Shown here: positions 11,173-19,769 of the stretch, piece by piece | How the letters are laid out: each line of letters opens with the position of its first letter | Position numbering within the stretch: the stretch's first letter is position 1 | NCBI GenBank assembly: GCA_964291405.2 | Contig: OZ219926.1 | Span: 4,064,001-4,128,000, forward strand | Direction: 5' to 3' | DNA: 64,000 nt | Source of the DNA: Thermodesulfobacteriota bacterium | GTDB lineage: Bacteria; Desulfobacterota; Binatia; Bin18 | The notes under the pieces: model-generated | What the model was told of the DNA's origin: nothing | Databases searched by the model: none | What the model saw: only the letters and a program-made list of their open reading frames with translations | Translations under genes and position numbers: made by a program

Positions 11173-12516
11173 TTAGCGCCGGCCTTCCGTGAGTTTATTG
11201 AGATCGAATAGGCCCTCGATATCGACGGGAGCCACTGCGGGGTAGTCCATCTCAAAAGTGATGTAGAGTGTAGCCTGCCTGCTTTGTACATCGATGGTGG
11301 GTACTCCCTCATACCGGACGATAAAGAGCCCTTGATCGGGATTCGGCTGTTCCACCGTGTCCTCCGACCAGGAGTTCTGAGGCTGCCATATCTTCCACAG
11401 GTTGCCGTCTCGATCAAACGCAAGGGCAATCGCAGTCCGGTAGGTCTGCGCGTCCCAGAACAGCAATTTGCTGCTATAGGGATGTCTCGGGTCCTTGGGT
11501 GCCATCTCGACAACCACGCACCTTCTTAACTCCCAGCGGTCATAGGGCAGCCAGCCATTGGGGCCGTAGTAATGCGGATACGGATAGCGCGAGTTCATGA
11601 CGTGGAGGATCTCCTTCCAGCCGTGGAAGGTCCAGTTATAGTCCAGCGGGTGGCCTGAGAATCCATAAAAGTCGTCCAGGGTTGTGTCAGTGCCGGCAAA
11701 CGAATCGGCCCGTTCTTCGGCGGAAAAGCGACGGACTCGGCGGAGCGTTGGTGAGTACGACCATGCCTGATCGGCCAAGCGTGGGTCAGCCGGCCGCTGG
11801 ATGACGGAGCGTTGTCCGCGCTGCTCGTAGGGAGCTAAAAATTCAGAGTAATCTTTGAATTCGAATTGTTCGGCCTCGGGCGCGGGGAAGGTATAATTGC
11901 TCGTCGGTAGAATGGCCAGATGGGTGAAGTACACGCGCTGGTATCGCTGCCACAGGACCCGCTCGATCTGTCCACCCGTCCCCCGAATCACCTCCTCTGG
12001 CAGCTCTGCGATTGGACCGTGCGTTCCACCTCCCTGGACTAAGAGGTAGGCATATCTATCCACGCGCTGGCCGTAGTGCTGCCAGCGAAAATTAAAATTC
12101 CAAGCGGCTTTTATCCCAGACTCCGGGATCTGTGTATCCAGGCTCGCGTTGGGAAACGGTTGACCGGCCGTATAGTTTTCAAGGGCACCGTCTGCTGCCA
12201 GTCGGGTCTGGCCGGCGAATTTTTCCGTGGCCTCGCGATAGGCAGGGTGGGGCGGATAATCGCCCGTCTGGGTTATCGTAAACTCGACATCCGGGAAATT
12301 GTATTCCTCAAAGTAGCCGGGCGGAAGAAATGGTCGCGTCTTCTCCAGGTCATCGAGTTTCAATGTTTTGCCTGCCTGGAACTCAGGCTTGGCCCTCTGA
12401 AAGGTCTCGACCCAATGGAGGACCGTTTCCTTCGTCGTGCCTGGTGAATGCTCATTTGCTGCCCATCCCACACTGACCCAACAACACAGGACAACAAATC
12501 CCAAAAAACTCTTCAT
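11173..12516 (-). CDS. DUF1329-family secreted protein
   Basis: Signal peptide, AGQPFP, AAWN, WSYSPTLRRVRR, HPYSSK; resembles 33940-35187. Confidence 0.85.
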   Translation of the reverse strand: MKSFLGFVVLCCWVSVGWAANEHSPGTTKETVLHWVETFQRAKPEFQAGKTLKLDDLEKTRPFLPPGYFEEYNFPDVEFTITQTGDYPPHPAYREATEKFAGQTRLAADGALENYTAGQPFPNASLDTQIPESGIKAAWNFNFRWQHYGQRVDRYAYLLVQGGGTHGPIAELPEEVIRGTGGQIERVLWQRYQRVYFTHLAILPTSNYTFPAPEAEQFEFKDYSEFLAPYEQRGQRSVIQRPADPRLADQAWSYSPTLRRVRRFSAEERADSFAGTDTTLDDFYGFSGHPLDYNWTFHGWKEILHVMNSRYPYPHYYGPNGWLPYDRWELRRCVVVEMAPKDPRHPYSSKLLFWDAQTYRTAIALAFDRDGNLWKIWQPQNSWSEDTVEQPNPDQGLFIVRYEGVPTIDVQSRQATLYITFEMDYPAVAPVDIEGLFDLNKLTEGRR

Positions 12517-12569
12517 TCCAGCTATTCCTTATACACAAAATGAGGACATACTCTTGTCTGTCTTCGCCC

Positions 12570-12752
12570 CTAGAAAAACGGCTCGCCCGGCTCAAGCCCG
12601 AGAAACATCCGTCCTGCGGACTGGTAGGTCTTCTGGGATACGACTACATGCTGGTTCAAGGTATGAATGTCGCGGAAATGCCGATCCAAGGGATAGGCGG
12701 CTTCCACAATCTGTTCGGCCTCATCCGTCGTGACTCTCATGCTGCCAGCCAT
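12570..12752 (-). pseudogene. Remnant of an acyl-CoA-dehydrogenase-fold flavin hydroxylase (HsaA/DszC-like) with a large internal deletion
   Basis: Only about 60 aa, but ends in PLDRHFRDIHTLNQH...YQSAGRMFLG, the typical C-terminus of this family; GAGGGA precedes ATG 12752. Confidence 0.7.
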
Positions 12753-12874
12753 GGATTCCCTCATGAGTTCCTACCCGCCTGCAAAGACGGTTTTGTTCCG
12801 TATAGCGCATAATATGGTAGAATGCGAAATTGCCTGGAGAGAAGAGGCTCGCCAGGAAGAACAGGAGAGATGGT

Positions 12875-13084
12875 ATGTCTGATAATCCAGGTTCGGTACT
12901 CCTCGTTGGCAGCGTCCCGCTGGAGAGTGCCGAAGCGGTTTTCCGTACCTGCTCCCAGGAATTCGGCGAGTACCTGGGCTGTCTGCCCGACGGAGAAGTT
13001 GGGGACCGGACTATCTGAGTCGTCTTTCAGGCCTATCGCATCTTTCACGAGCACCCGGACCTGATTACACTCCTACGGCCTTAG
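12875..13084 (+). pseudogene. Truncated N-terminal fragment (LLVGSVPL...LPDGEVGDR, MetE-like hypothetical family) with in-frame TGA
   Basis: AGGAGA precedes the ATG; TGA at 13016-13018 and a protein-like frame continues to TAG 13084. Confidence 0.65.
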
Positions 13085-13110
13085 CAAACAAGGGAGCGTT
13101 CGGCTTTTTA

Positions 13111-13713
13111 ATGAGCAAGCAGCTTGAGTTTTGGTTTGAGTTTGGTAGCACCTACTCGTATCCGACGGCCACCCGCATCGAACGGCTGGCCCACGCGTGC
13201 AGCATTACTCTCATCTGGCGGCCCTTTCTGCTAGGACCAATTTTTCGAGAGCAAGGCTGGGAAGATTCTCCTTTCAATATTTACCCGACCAAAGGCGCGT
13301 ATATGTGGCGGGACATGGAGCGTCTGTGTGTGGCTCTGGACCTCGCCTTCAAACGCCCCAGCCAGTTCCCTCGCAATGGCCTATTGGCGGCCCGGATTGC
13401 GTGTTGGTTTGAGGGAGAAGCGTGGTTGCCGGACTTTGTGCGTAGCGTGTATGACGCAAACTTTGTCTGTGACCAAGACATTTCAAATTCGCGTATTGTG
13501 AGCTCGATTCTTGAAGAGCTGCGACTGCCAGCGAGTGAAATACTCGACGCGGCACAGTGTCCAGAGTCAAAAGCTAAGTTGCGTGCCCAGACCGAGCAGG
13601 CGCGGTCGCTCGGGATCTTCGGGGCGCCATCTTTTCTCGCTGCGGGAGAACTCTTCTGGGGCAATGATCGGCTCGAAGCCGCCTTGGACTGGCTACAGCG
13701 CAAAGTAGCCTAG
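13111..13713 (+). CDS. 2-hydroxychromene-2-carboxylate isomerase / kappa-GST (DsbA-like) family
   Basis: FWFEFGSTYSY, WRPFLLG, GIFGAPSF, FWGNDRLE. Confidence 0.92.
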   Translation: MSKQLEFWFEFGSTYSYPTATRIERLAHACSITLIWRPFLLGPIFREQGWEDSPFNIYPTKGAYMWRDMERLCVALDLAFKRPSQFPRNGLLAARIACWFEGEAWLPDFVRSVYDANFVCDQDISNSRIVSSILEELRLPASEILDAAQCPESKAKLRAQTEQARSLGIFGAPSFLAAGELFWGNDRLEAALDWLQRKVA

Positions 13714-13755
13714 TCAGTTCGTCCTCCTCTTGGCAATCTACTCCTACCCGCCTTG

Positions 13756-14016
13756 TCAGGCGGCAGCGCCTTCCCCTTGCTCGTATCCGCCCGATTTCAG
13801 CACTCGCTTTGTCGAGGTAGGGTATTTGGCAAGCGGCATGGCTGGCCGAATCGGACGTTCGACTAAATTCCTTCCGCAGTTCGGACAGGTCCAATTCAGC
13901 TTGTCTTGGGCGCAGGTTCGACAGAACGTGCATTCAGACGAGCATATAACGGCTTCCGCAGAAGCTGGCGGTAAATCTGCATCACAGCATTCACAGTTTG
14001 GACGCAGTTCTAGCAT
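13756..14016 (-). CDS. DUF1272 cysteine-rich protein
   Basis: MLELRPNCECCD...ICSSECTFCRTC...CPNCG; AAAGGAG precedes ATG 14016. Confidence 0.9.
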   Translation of the reverse strand: MLELRPNCECCDADLPPASAEAVICSSECTFCRTCAQDKLNWTCPNCGRNLVERPIRPAMPLAKYPTSTKRVLKSGGYEQGEGAAA

Positions 14017-14107
14017 CAATGCTCCTTTCAATGAGGCAAGTCTTCGACCAATCGAGAAAACCATCTAACGTCTTCTCGTGTTCTCCATAGCTGAAAACGT
14101 CTGTCCC

Positions 14108-15196
14108 TTACCACCACAGCCCGCCTTCGAGATACTCCCAGACGAGAGCGGCGCCGATACGGTAATGAAAGGGGTCCGTCCCGGCTATGGGGATTTGAGC
14201 GCCAATACGCAAGGCGACATGACCGCGAAAACGCAGGCCGGTATAGAGTTGCGGCGTCAAGAGGAGCACTGCATTGCTCTCACCTTGCAGGTTATGAAGG
14301 AATTCGACTTCCAGGCTGGGGACGAGGTCACGCTTCAGTAGTGAGGTCACATAGCTTCCGGCGACCCGATAGCGCATTTGCCGGTCCGCTCGGTCCTCGT
14401 TGAGCGGAAGAACCGCTTGAATCTGGTTTTGGAACACAAACTGACGCAACGCAATCCCACTCAAAAAAGAGGGCTCGAACTTGAACGTACCATCGCCAAG
14501 TCCACGATCGCGGTCGCCTGAAGGAAAAACCACTTCGAGGGCGGCGGCCGTCAGCGCGCGCTTTTCCGTGTGGGTGGACAGGACGTGTTTGTATTCGAGA
14601 GACAGGTCGCCTGGGCCGGCGGTCGTCTTCTCGCGCGTTTCTTTGACGATATACGGCAGGCTGAGATCCCACTCGCCCCGGGCACCAAGCCGTTGCTCAT
14701 GCGAGAGCGTTGTTGTCCACTCTCTCATTCCTTTCTTCCCTTTGATGAATTCCTGTTTGAGTACGGCTTCATTTTCCGGAAACGCTTTGGACGTAAAGAG
14801 GGTTTTGTGAAAATTCAGGTCGCCGGACGGCCAGCCCTCTTCCTGACAAAAATTTCGGACATATTTGAGGACGGTCCGGATTTCCTCTGGGCTTAGGACC
14901 TCGCCAAAGGAGGGCATTTGGTCCGAGAGGCCCATGAATGCACTACCATTGATAATGATATCGGTCCAGCCACTTGTTGAGGCACTACTATTGGACGAGC
15001 AGTCCGTGAAATCCGGCAGCGGAACGGTCAGATCGGTGCCTTCGGGCGACCCCTGCCCACCCTTGCCGTGACAGCTTGCACACTCCTTTGCATACAGGGT
15101 TGGGCCGTCGAGGGGTGCGGACCAAACCGGCCCCCCAAGGAGAAGGATCAAGACGCTGCCGAGGCACAATCTTCGTCCGAGGCGTTTCCCCATCAT
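14108..15196 (-). CDS. Monoheme cytochrome c fused to a probable outer-membrane beta-barrel domain
   Basis: Signal peptide, CASCHG, MPSFG (candidate axial Met), then alternating polar/hydrophobic strands and a terminal WW. Confidence 0.8.
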   Translation of the reverse strand: MMGKRLGRRLCLGSVLILLLGGPVWSAPLDGPTLYAKECASCHGKGGQGSPEGTDLTVPLPDFTDCSSNSSASTSGWTDIIINGSAFMGLSDQMPSFGEVLSPEEIRTVLKYVRNFCQEEGWPSGDLNFHKTLFTSKAFPENEAVLKQEFIKGKKGMREWTTTLSHEQRLGARGEWDLSLPYIVKETREKTTAGPGDLSLEYKHVLSTHTEKRALTAAALEVVFPSGDRDRGLGDGTFKFEPSFLSGIALRQFVFQNQIQAVLPLNEDRADRQMRYRVAGSYVTSLLKRDLVPSLEVEFLHNLQGESNAVLLLTPQLYTGLRFRGHVALRIGAQIPIAGTDPFHYRIGAALVWEYLEGGLWW

Positions 15197-15304
15197 AAGA
15201 ACCCGTCTTCTATCATACCCAGCTATCCAAGGGGGGCAGGCCGGGTATATATCAAGACAAGAGGAATTGTCATGTCCCGAATCGTCAGTGAATAAGGGGG
15301 AGAT

Positions 15305-16285
15305 ATGCAAACACCTGGGATGTTGCTGTTCACGGGATCGGCTAGCATTACGCTGGGACGTGCGACCGAGTATGCAAAAATGGCTGAGGAGCGCGGCTTT
15401 CGGAATTTCCTGGTCACTGAAGCAGCCTCAGACGCTTTAGCGCTCACCCAACATCTGGCGAGCGAGACTTCCCGTATTCAGGTCGGCACCGCGATCTTTA
15501 ATATTTTTCTCCATCCACCTCTCCAAGCAGCCCTACACGCGTTGACGATTGATGAGATTGCCCCTGGCCGACTCTTCCTGGGGCTCGGAACGAGCCATGC
15601 TGCCTTGAACCAGGCGTATGGCCTGCCTATGGACAAACCGCTGACGGCGATGCGCGCCTATATTGGAGAGCTGAAAAGTGTCTTTCATGGCGATCATCCC
15701 GGGCTGTCTCAGCTTGGAGCCGCGGGCCTGCCGGTTCCGAAGGCCGAACGGAAAATCCCGATTTATCTCGCCGGGGTATCACCTAAGAGTATTCAACTGA
15801 CCGGCGAACTGGCTGACGGGAGCATCCCCGCCCAATACGGCCCGGCGATGTTGAAAGAAATTATTGATGGTGTTGCGGCCGGGGTGGAGAAAGCTGGTCG
15901 TTCGCCACGTGACGTAGAGATTGCGCCGATTGTCCACTGCTGTGTGTGTGAAGATCGTGGCCTCGCGCTCCGCTCGGTGCAACAACAGTTAGCCTTCTAC
16001 GGCCAGATGCCATTTTACAATCGAATCTTTGCCCGGCATGGCTTTGAGCAGGAAGCGGCCCACATTATGGATGCGGCGCTCAGGGGAGACCAGGCCGGTG
16101 CGGCTGATGCCGTGTCCGAACGCATGGTGGCCGAATGCGCTCTTGCAGGCACTCCGCAAGAGTGTCGAGACCAGGCTGAGGCTTTTGAAAGGGCCGGGGC
16201 TACGTACTCCATTCTCTATCCGATGGCCATTGGTGGAGACATGGACCGGAGTGTCCGGGCCGCATTAGACGCGTTCGCGCAGTAG
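15305..16285 (+). CDS. LLM-class oxidoreductase (Mer-like, possibly F420-dependent)
   Basis: TSRIQVGTAI, PGRLFLGLGTSH, IPIYLAG, GELADG, AGTPQEC. Confidence 0.88.
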   Translation: MQTPGMLLFTGSASITLGRATEYAKMAEERGFRNFLVTEAASDALALTQHLASETSRIQVGTAIFNIFLHPPLQAALHALTIDEIAPGRLFLGLGTSHAALNQAYGLPMDKPLTAMRAYIGELKSVFHGDHPGLSQLGAAGLPVPKAERKIPIYLAGVSPKSIQLTGELADGSIPAQYGPAMLKEIIDGVAAGVEKAGRSPRDVEIAPIVHCCVCEDRGLALRSVQQQLAFYGQMPFYNRIFARHGFEQEAAHIMDAALRGDQAGAADAVSERMVAECALAGTPQECRDQAEAFERAGATYSILYPMAIGGDMDRSVRAALDAFAQ

Positions 16286-16299
16286 TCGGACAGAGGAGG

Positions 16300-16755
16300 C
16301 TATCCTGCGTGTTGTCCACAATCTTCCCAGACCATGCGGATATGCGTCTCTGTCGTGCCATACTCCTTGAAACCAAGCCTTCGATATAGCTCGATGGCCC
16401 GGTTCTCTCTGAGGACTTGAAGCCGGAGCGAGGACTTCGCTTCTCGTCCGCGTTGCATCTCCTCGTTGAGGAGTCGAGAGCCAATACCACGCCCTTGAAA
16501 CTGGGGGGCAATCACGATTTCGCTTATGTAGATGTGATCGGGATGGTCTTCTACCAAAAGGAAACCGCACGGGTTCCCGTCGCAGAGAACGATTTCAAAT
16601 TGGTTTGGTCTCCATTTCTCCTCGAACAAACGATCTTGCAGCGCTTCATCCCATGCTCCGAATTGACGAGAGACGACGTCGCGATAGGCCTCGTGATGTG
16701 AGATGCGCGCAAATTCCGTGTCACTCGAAGTTGCTGGTCGCCGCTTGAGGAGCAT
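16300..16755 (-). CDS. GNAT-family N-acetyltransferase
   Basis: FQGRGIGSRLL, NRAIELYRRLGF. Confidence 0.92.
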   Translation of the reverse strand: MLLKRRPATSSDTEFARISHHEAYRDVVSRQFGAWDEALQDRLFEEKWRPNQFEIVLCDGNPCGFLLVEDHPDHIYISEIVIAPQFQGRGIGSRLLNEEMQRGREAKSSLRLQVLRENRAIELYRRLGFKEYGTTETHIRMVWEDCGQHAG

Positions 16756-16785
16756 AGAGTCATCCAGGGTAAGGAGAAAGCGCCA

Positions 16786-17199
16786 TCAAGTCCGGCGGAT
16801 CGCTCGCACAAACAAGTAGGCCGGCACCAGGACAAGCAGGCCCAACGTCAGTACATTCCCAATTTTATCCAGCATCGAAGTGTACACGTGCAAATGCGTC
16901 ATGTGGTAGGTGAAGTGCGGGATCTGGGAGACGAGCCAGCCGAGTGCGGCGGCAAGAACCGTTTCACGGGTTTTGGCAAACACCGCAATCAGGGTCACCG
17001 CGCTCAGGGCTAAATAGAGACCGCCCACATCTCGAACCAGATGTTCATTAAACGGACCATCAGCCGAAACCCAACTGCGGCCAAGGCCGGGAAAGCTGTC
17101 GTAAAACGCCTGGGGAAAGAATTGCGCCCACGCGCCAACCATGACGCCGCTCACAATGAGAAACCAGAGGCCGACGCGCAGACGTGTATCAACAATCAT
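16786..17199 (-). CDS. Small four-helix membrane protein of unknown function
   Basis: Four hydrophobic segments, GPFNEHLVRDVG, PHFTYH; GGAGGAGG ribosome-binding site. Confidence 0.8.
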   Translation of the reverse strand: MIVDTRLRVGLWFLIVSGVMVGAWAQFFPQAFYDSFPGLGRSWVSADGPFNEHLVRDVGGLYLALSAVTLIAVFAKTRETVLAAALGWLVSQIPHFTYHMTHLHVYTSMLDKIGNVLTLGLLVLVPAYLFVRAIRRT

Positions 17200-17212
17200 G
17201 TCTACCTCCTCC

Positions 17213-18121
17213 TCAGCTATTGAGCATCTGACGCCAGCCCTCTCTCACACTGGGATAGCGGGGGGTCCAGCCCGTGGTGTGCTTAAAATGCCTGTTCGAG
17301 ATGCGCTGCGAGCGCGTTAAGGCTTCAATACTCCCAGGCAGCTCTCCTTGTATGGACTCAGGTGGGGCAGGGGACGCCACCCCTTCAAGCTCGGCAATGG
17401 CCGCCGCCAACTCCTGACGGGTCAGCGGCTGGTCATCGGCAACGTTATAGATACCTGCGGGCGCATTAAGTACGGACACAACGGCCGTAGCGGCATCATC
17501 GGTGTGAATATGGCTCATATAGCTGGTGGGGTCGCCGAGAAACGGAGACTGGCCCGCACGGATTGCAGCCTGAAATTCCTGGGTATGCGAGCTGTCGTGG
17601 GCGTAAAACAGGGCGAAGCGCAGCACGATGCCTCGCCCGCCGTTTTCGCTGAACCACGCAGCCTGTTCCTCTGCCACGCGGCTGCTGGCCATCTCGGGCG
17701 GACAGTTATCCGCATCGGTCTCCTCAATCCATTCTGCGCCTTTATCCGCATACGGAAAGGTAATCGACTCTTGGATAAAAATTCGACAGCCAGCCTCAGC
17801 CGCCGCTCGGGTCACGCTGCGGGACGCCTCGTTACGGAGGCGGTTATGCATGTCCCAGGCGGTCGGCTCCAGCGCCCGTTCAAGCGGTGGGACATTGGTC
17901 GCCAGATTGGCGACTGCCTTATGGTCGGCAAGTACAGGCTCCAGCGCTGCCGGGTCAAACAGATCGACCCGCACCGGGACTGCTCCGAACTGGCGGAGAA
18001 GCGACGCTTTCTGGTCCGTACGCGCAAGGCCGGTCACCTGATGCCCGGCCCGGATGAGTTGGGGAACAACGCGGCGACCAATGACTCCGGTCGCGCCAGT
18101 CACAAAAATTTTCATGCTCAT
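17213..18121 (-). CDS. NAD-dependent epimerase/dehydratase (extended SDR)
   Basis: KIFVTGATGVIGR, IYNVADD, GWTPRYPS; ATGA overlap with ogt. Confidence 0.9.
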   Translation of the reverse strand: MSMKIFVTGATGVIGRRVVPQLIRAGHQVTGLARTDQKASLLRQFGAVPVRVDLFDPAALEPVLADHKAVANLATNVPPLERALEPTAWDMHNRLRNEASRSVTRAAAEAGCRIFIQESITFPYADKGAEWIEETDADNCPPEMASSRVAEEQAAWFSENGGRGIVLRFALFYAHDSSHTQEFQAAIRAGQSPFLGDPTSYMSHIHTDDAATAVVSVLNAPAGIYNVADDQPLTRQELAAAIAELEGVASPAPPESIQGELPGSIEALTRSQRISNRHFKHTTGWTPRYPSVREGWRQMLNS

Positions 18122-18615
18122 ACCCCTTCGTGCCGAAGTAACCAGTGTTTGCGTTCCAGACCCCCCGCGTAGCCGGTAAGTGCGCCGTTGGCACCAATGA
18201 GACGATGGCAGGGCAGAACAATGGAGATCGGGTTAAGGGCATTTGCCCTGCCGACGGCGCGCCAGGCGTTTGGCCTGCCTATCTGTTCGGCCACGTCACG
18301 GTAGGTTCGTGTGGTTCCCGGCGGAATAATCCGTAGCGCCTCCCAGACCGTTTGCTGAAACGCGGTCCCGCCGGGGTCCACCTGAATGTTATTGATCGCG
18401 TCGAGTTCTCCTCCGAGATAGGCCCTGAGCTGTTGTGTCACGCCGAGAGGTTTGGAGGCTGCACATAACCGGAACTGGTGATAGCGCCGTTGTAACAACC
18501 GGGTCATCCGCTTATGGCTGTCTGCATAGTCAAGCGCGCACAACCGATCTGCGTCAAATACGAGCACAAGGCGACCGATGGGTGACCCTAGGGTGTCGGT
18601 GAGTAAGGCCATCAT
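18118..18615 (-). CDS. ogt: Methylated-DNA-[protein]-cysteine S-methyltransferase
   Basis: GTAFQQTVW, RAVGRANALNPI, PCHR active site, GYAGG. Confidence 0.95.
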   Translation of the reverse strand: MMALLTDTLGSPIGRLVLVFDADRLCALDYADSHKRMTRLLQRRYHQFRLCAASKPLGVTQQLRAYLGGELDAINNIQVDPGGTAFQQTVWEALRIIPPGTTRTYRDVAEQIGRPNAWRAVGRANALNPISIVLPCHRLIGANGALTGYAGGLERKHWLLRHEGV

Positions 18616-18690
18616 ACTGACTCCTACTTGAGCACCGCGCGCCTCGAATTACAGCCAGCCGCTACGCGGTGGCTTGATATTATTGAGCCA

Positions 18691-18788
18691 ATAATTGCCA
18701 ATTATCGAAGGCGGCGGAGTAGCACTCATAATTCCCCCTTGGATTGAGACGTTTCACATCCTCATGAAGGGTGTTACTCAGGAGTAAC
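18691..18788. promoter_or_regulatory. Two palindromic candidate operators in the divergent ogt / binding-protein gap
   Basis: ATAATTG-C-CAATTAT (18691-18705) and GTTACTC-AG-GAGTAAC (18773-18788). Confidence 0.35.
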
Positions 18789-18833
18789 CCGGTCGAATAT
18801 CTCTTGTCTATACTCAGCCAAGGAGGATCACCA

Positions 18834-19760
18834 ATGGCAGAGCAGGCCCGCGTCGACTTCACGTGGGGGCACGCCAATCAAGGTGGCCAGCATGACTGGC
18901 CCTTTGTAATGGCGCTCCGAAAGGGATTTTTCTTAGAAGAGGGGATTAATCTCCACATCCGGGTTGTCCCCGGCGGAGACGCGTTGGCGCAGGCGATGGG
19001 GCGCGGAGAAATTCAAGTCGGCAGGATGGGGAGTCCGCCTTTTTTGACGGCGGTTGGCAATGGGGTGCTCCCAGGCAAGATTATTGCCAGTAGCGTGATC
19101 GGGAATCTCGATCACTTCTTGTTTGTTGTCCGCCCGGAAATCCAGGAGTTGGCCGAACTGCGGGGGAAGACCGTCGGCGTGTTATCCCGCGGGAGCTGCG
19201 ACGGGCATCTCTTGAAGCTGGAGCTGAAGAAGGCTGGCCTTGATCCCGAGCGAGACGTTGCCTACCGGGAGCTGTGGCAAGACTATAATAAGATTGATGG
19301 TCTCGCTTCCGGGGAGTTATGCGCCCAACTGATCGTAGAGCCCTGGGTCTCTTTGGGCGAGCGGCAAGGAGCGCTGCGGGTGGTGGAGCCAGCCAGTCGG
19401 GTTGAACCCCATTTTCAATGGGGACTTTTGGTGGCGCGCGAGGATTTTATTGTAGAACAACCAAGGTTGCTGCAGAAATTGTTACAGGGATACCTGAAAG
19501 GCGCCCAATACTGTACCGCCCATCCTGAAGAAACCAAAGCCATGGTCTGCGAGTATATGCCAGGGTACGAGCCTGCCACTGTTGAGCAAGCGTTGACGCG
19601 GACTTTACCGATTTGGAACACGACGGGCCTGATTGATATGGACGGCTTGGCGGTAGCGGTAGAGACGATGTGCACCTTAGGGGCAATCCCTCAGAAACTG
19701 AAACCTGAAGCGCTGGTTGACTTGCGCGGTTTGTCTCAGGGCGCCGGCAACGGAATTTAG
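18834..19760 (+). CDS. NMT1/THI5/SsuA-like solute-binding-fold protein without signal peptide
   Basis: KGFFLEEGI, ELRGKTVGV, AGLDPERDV, YCTAHPEE; AAGGAGG precedes ATG 18834. Confidence 0.85.
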   Translation: MAEQARVDFTWGHANQGGQHDWPFVMALRKGFFLEEGINLHIRVVPGGDALAQAMGRGEIQVGRMGSPPFLTAVGNGVLPGKIIASSVIGNLDHFLFVVRPEIQELAELRGKTVGVLSRGSCDGHLLKLELKKAGLDPERDVAYRELWQDYNKIDGLASGELCAQLIVEPWVSLGERQGALRVVEPASRVEPHFQWGLLVAREDFIVEQPRLLQKLLQGYLKGAQYCTAHPEETKAMVCEYMPGYEPATVEQALTRTLPIWNTTGLIDMDGLAVAVETMCTLGAIPQKLKPEALVDLRGLSQGAGNGI

Positions 19761-19769
19761 GGCGAGCGA

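Noticed and set aside
13016-13018. In-frame TGA as selenocysteine or recoded Trp
   Set aside because: No obvious SECIS hairpin, the frame ends 22 codons later, and many other genes here use TGA as stop
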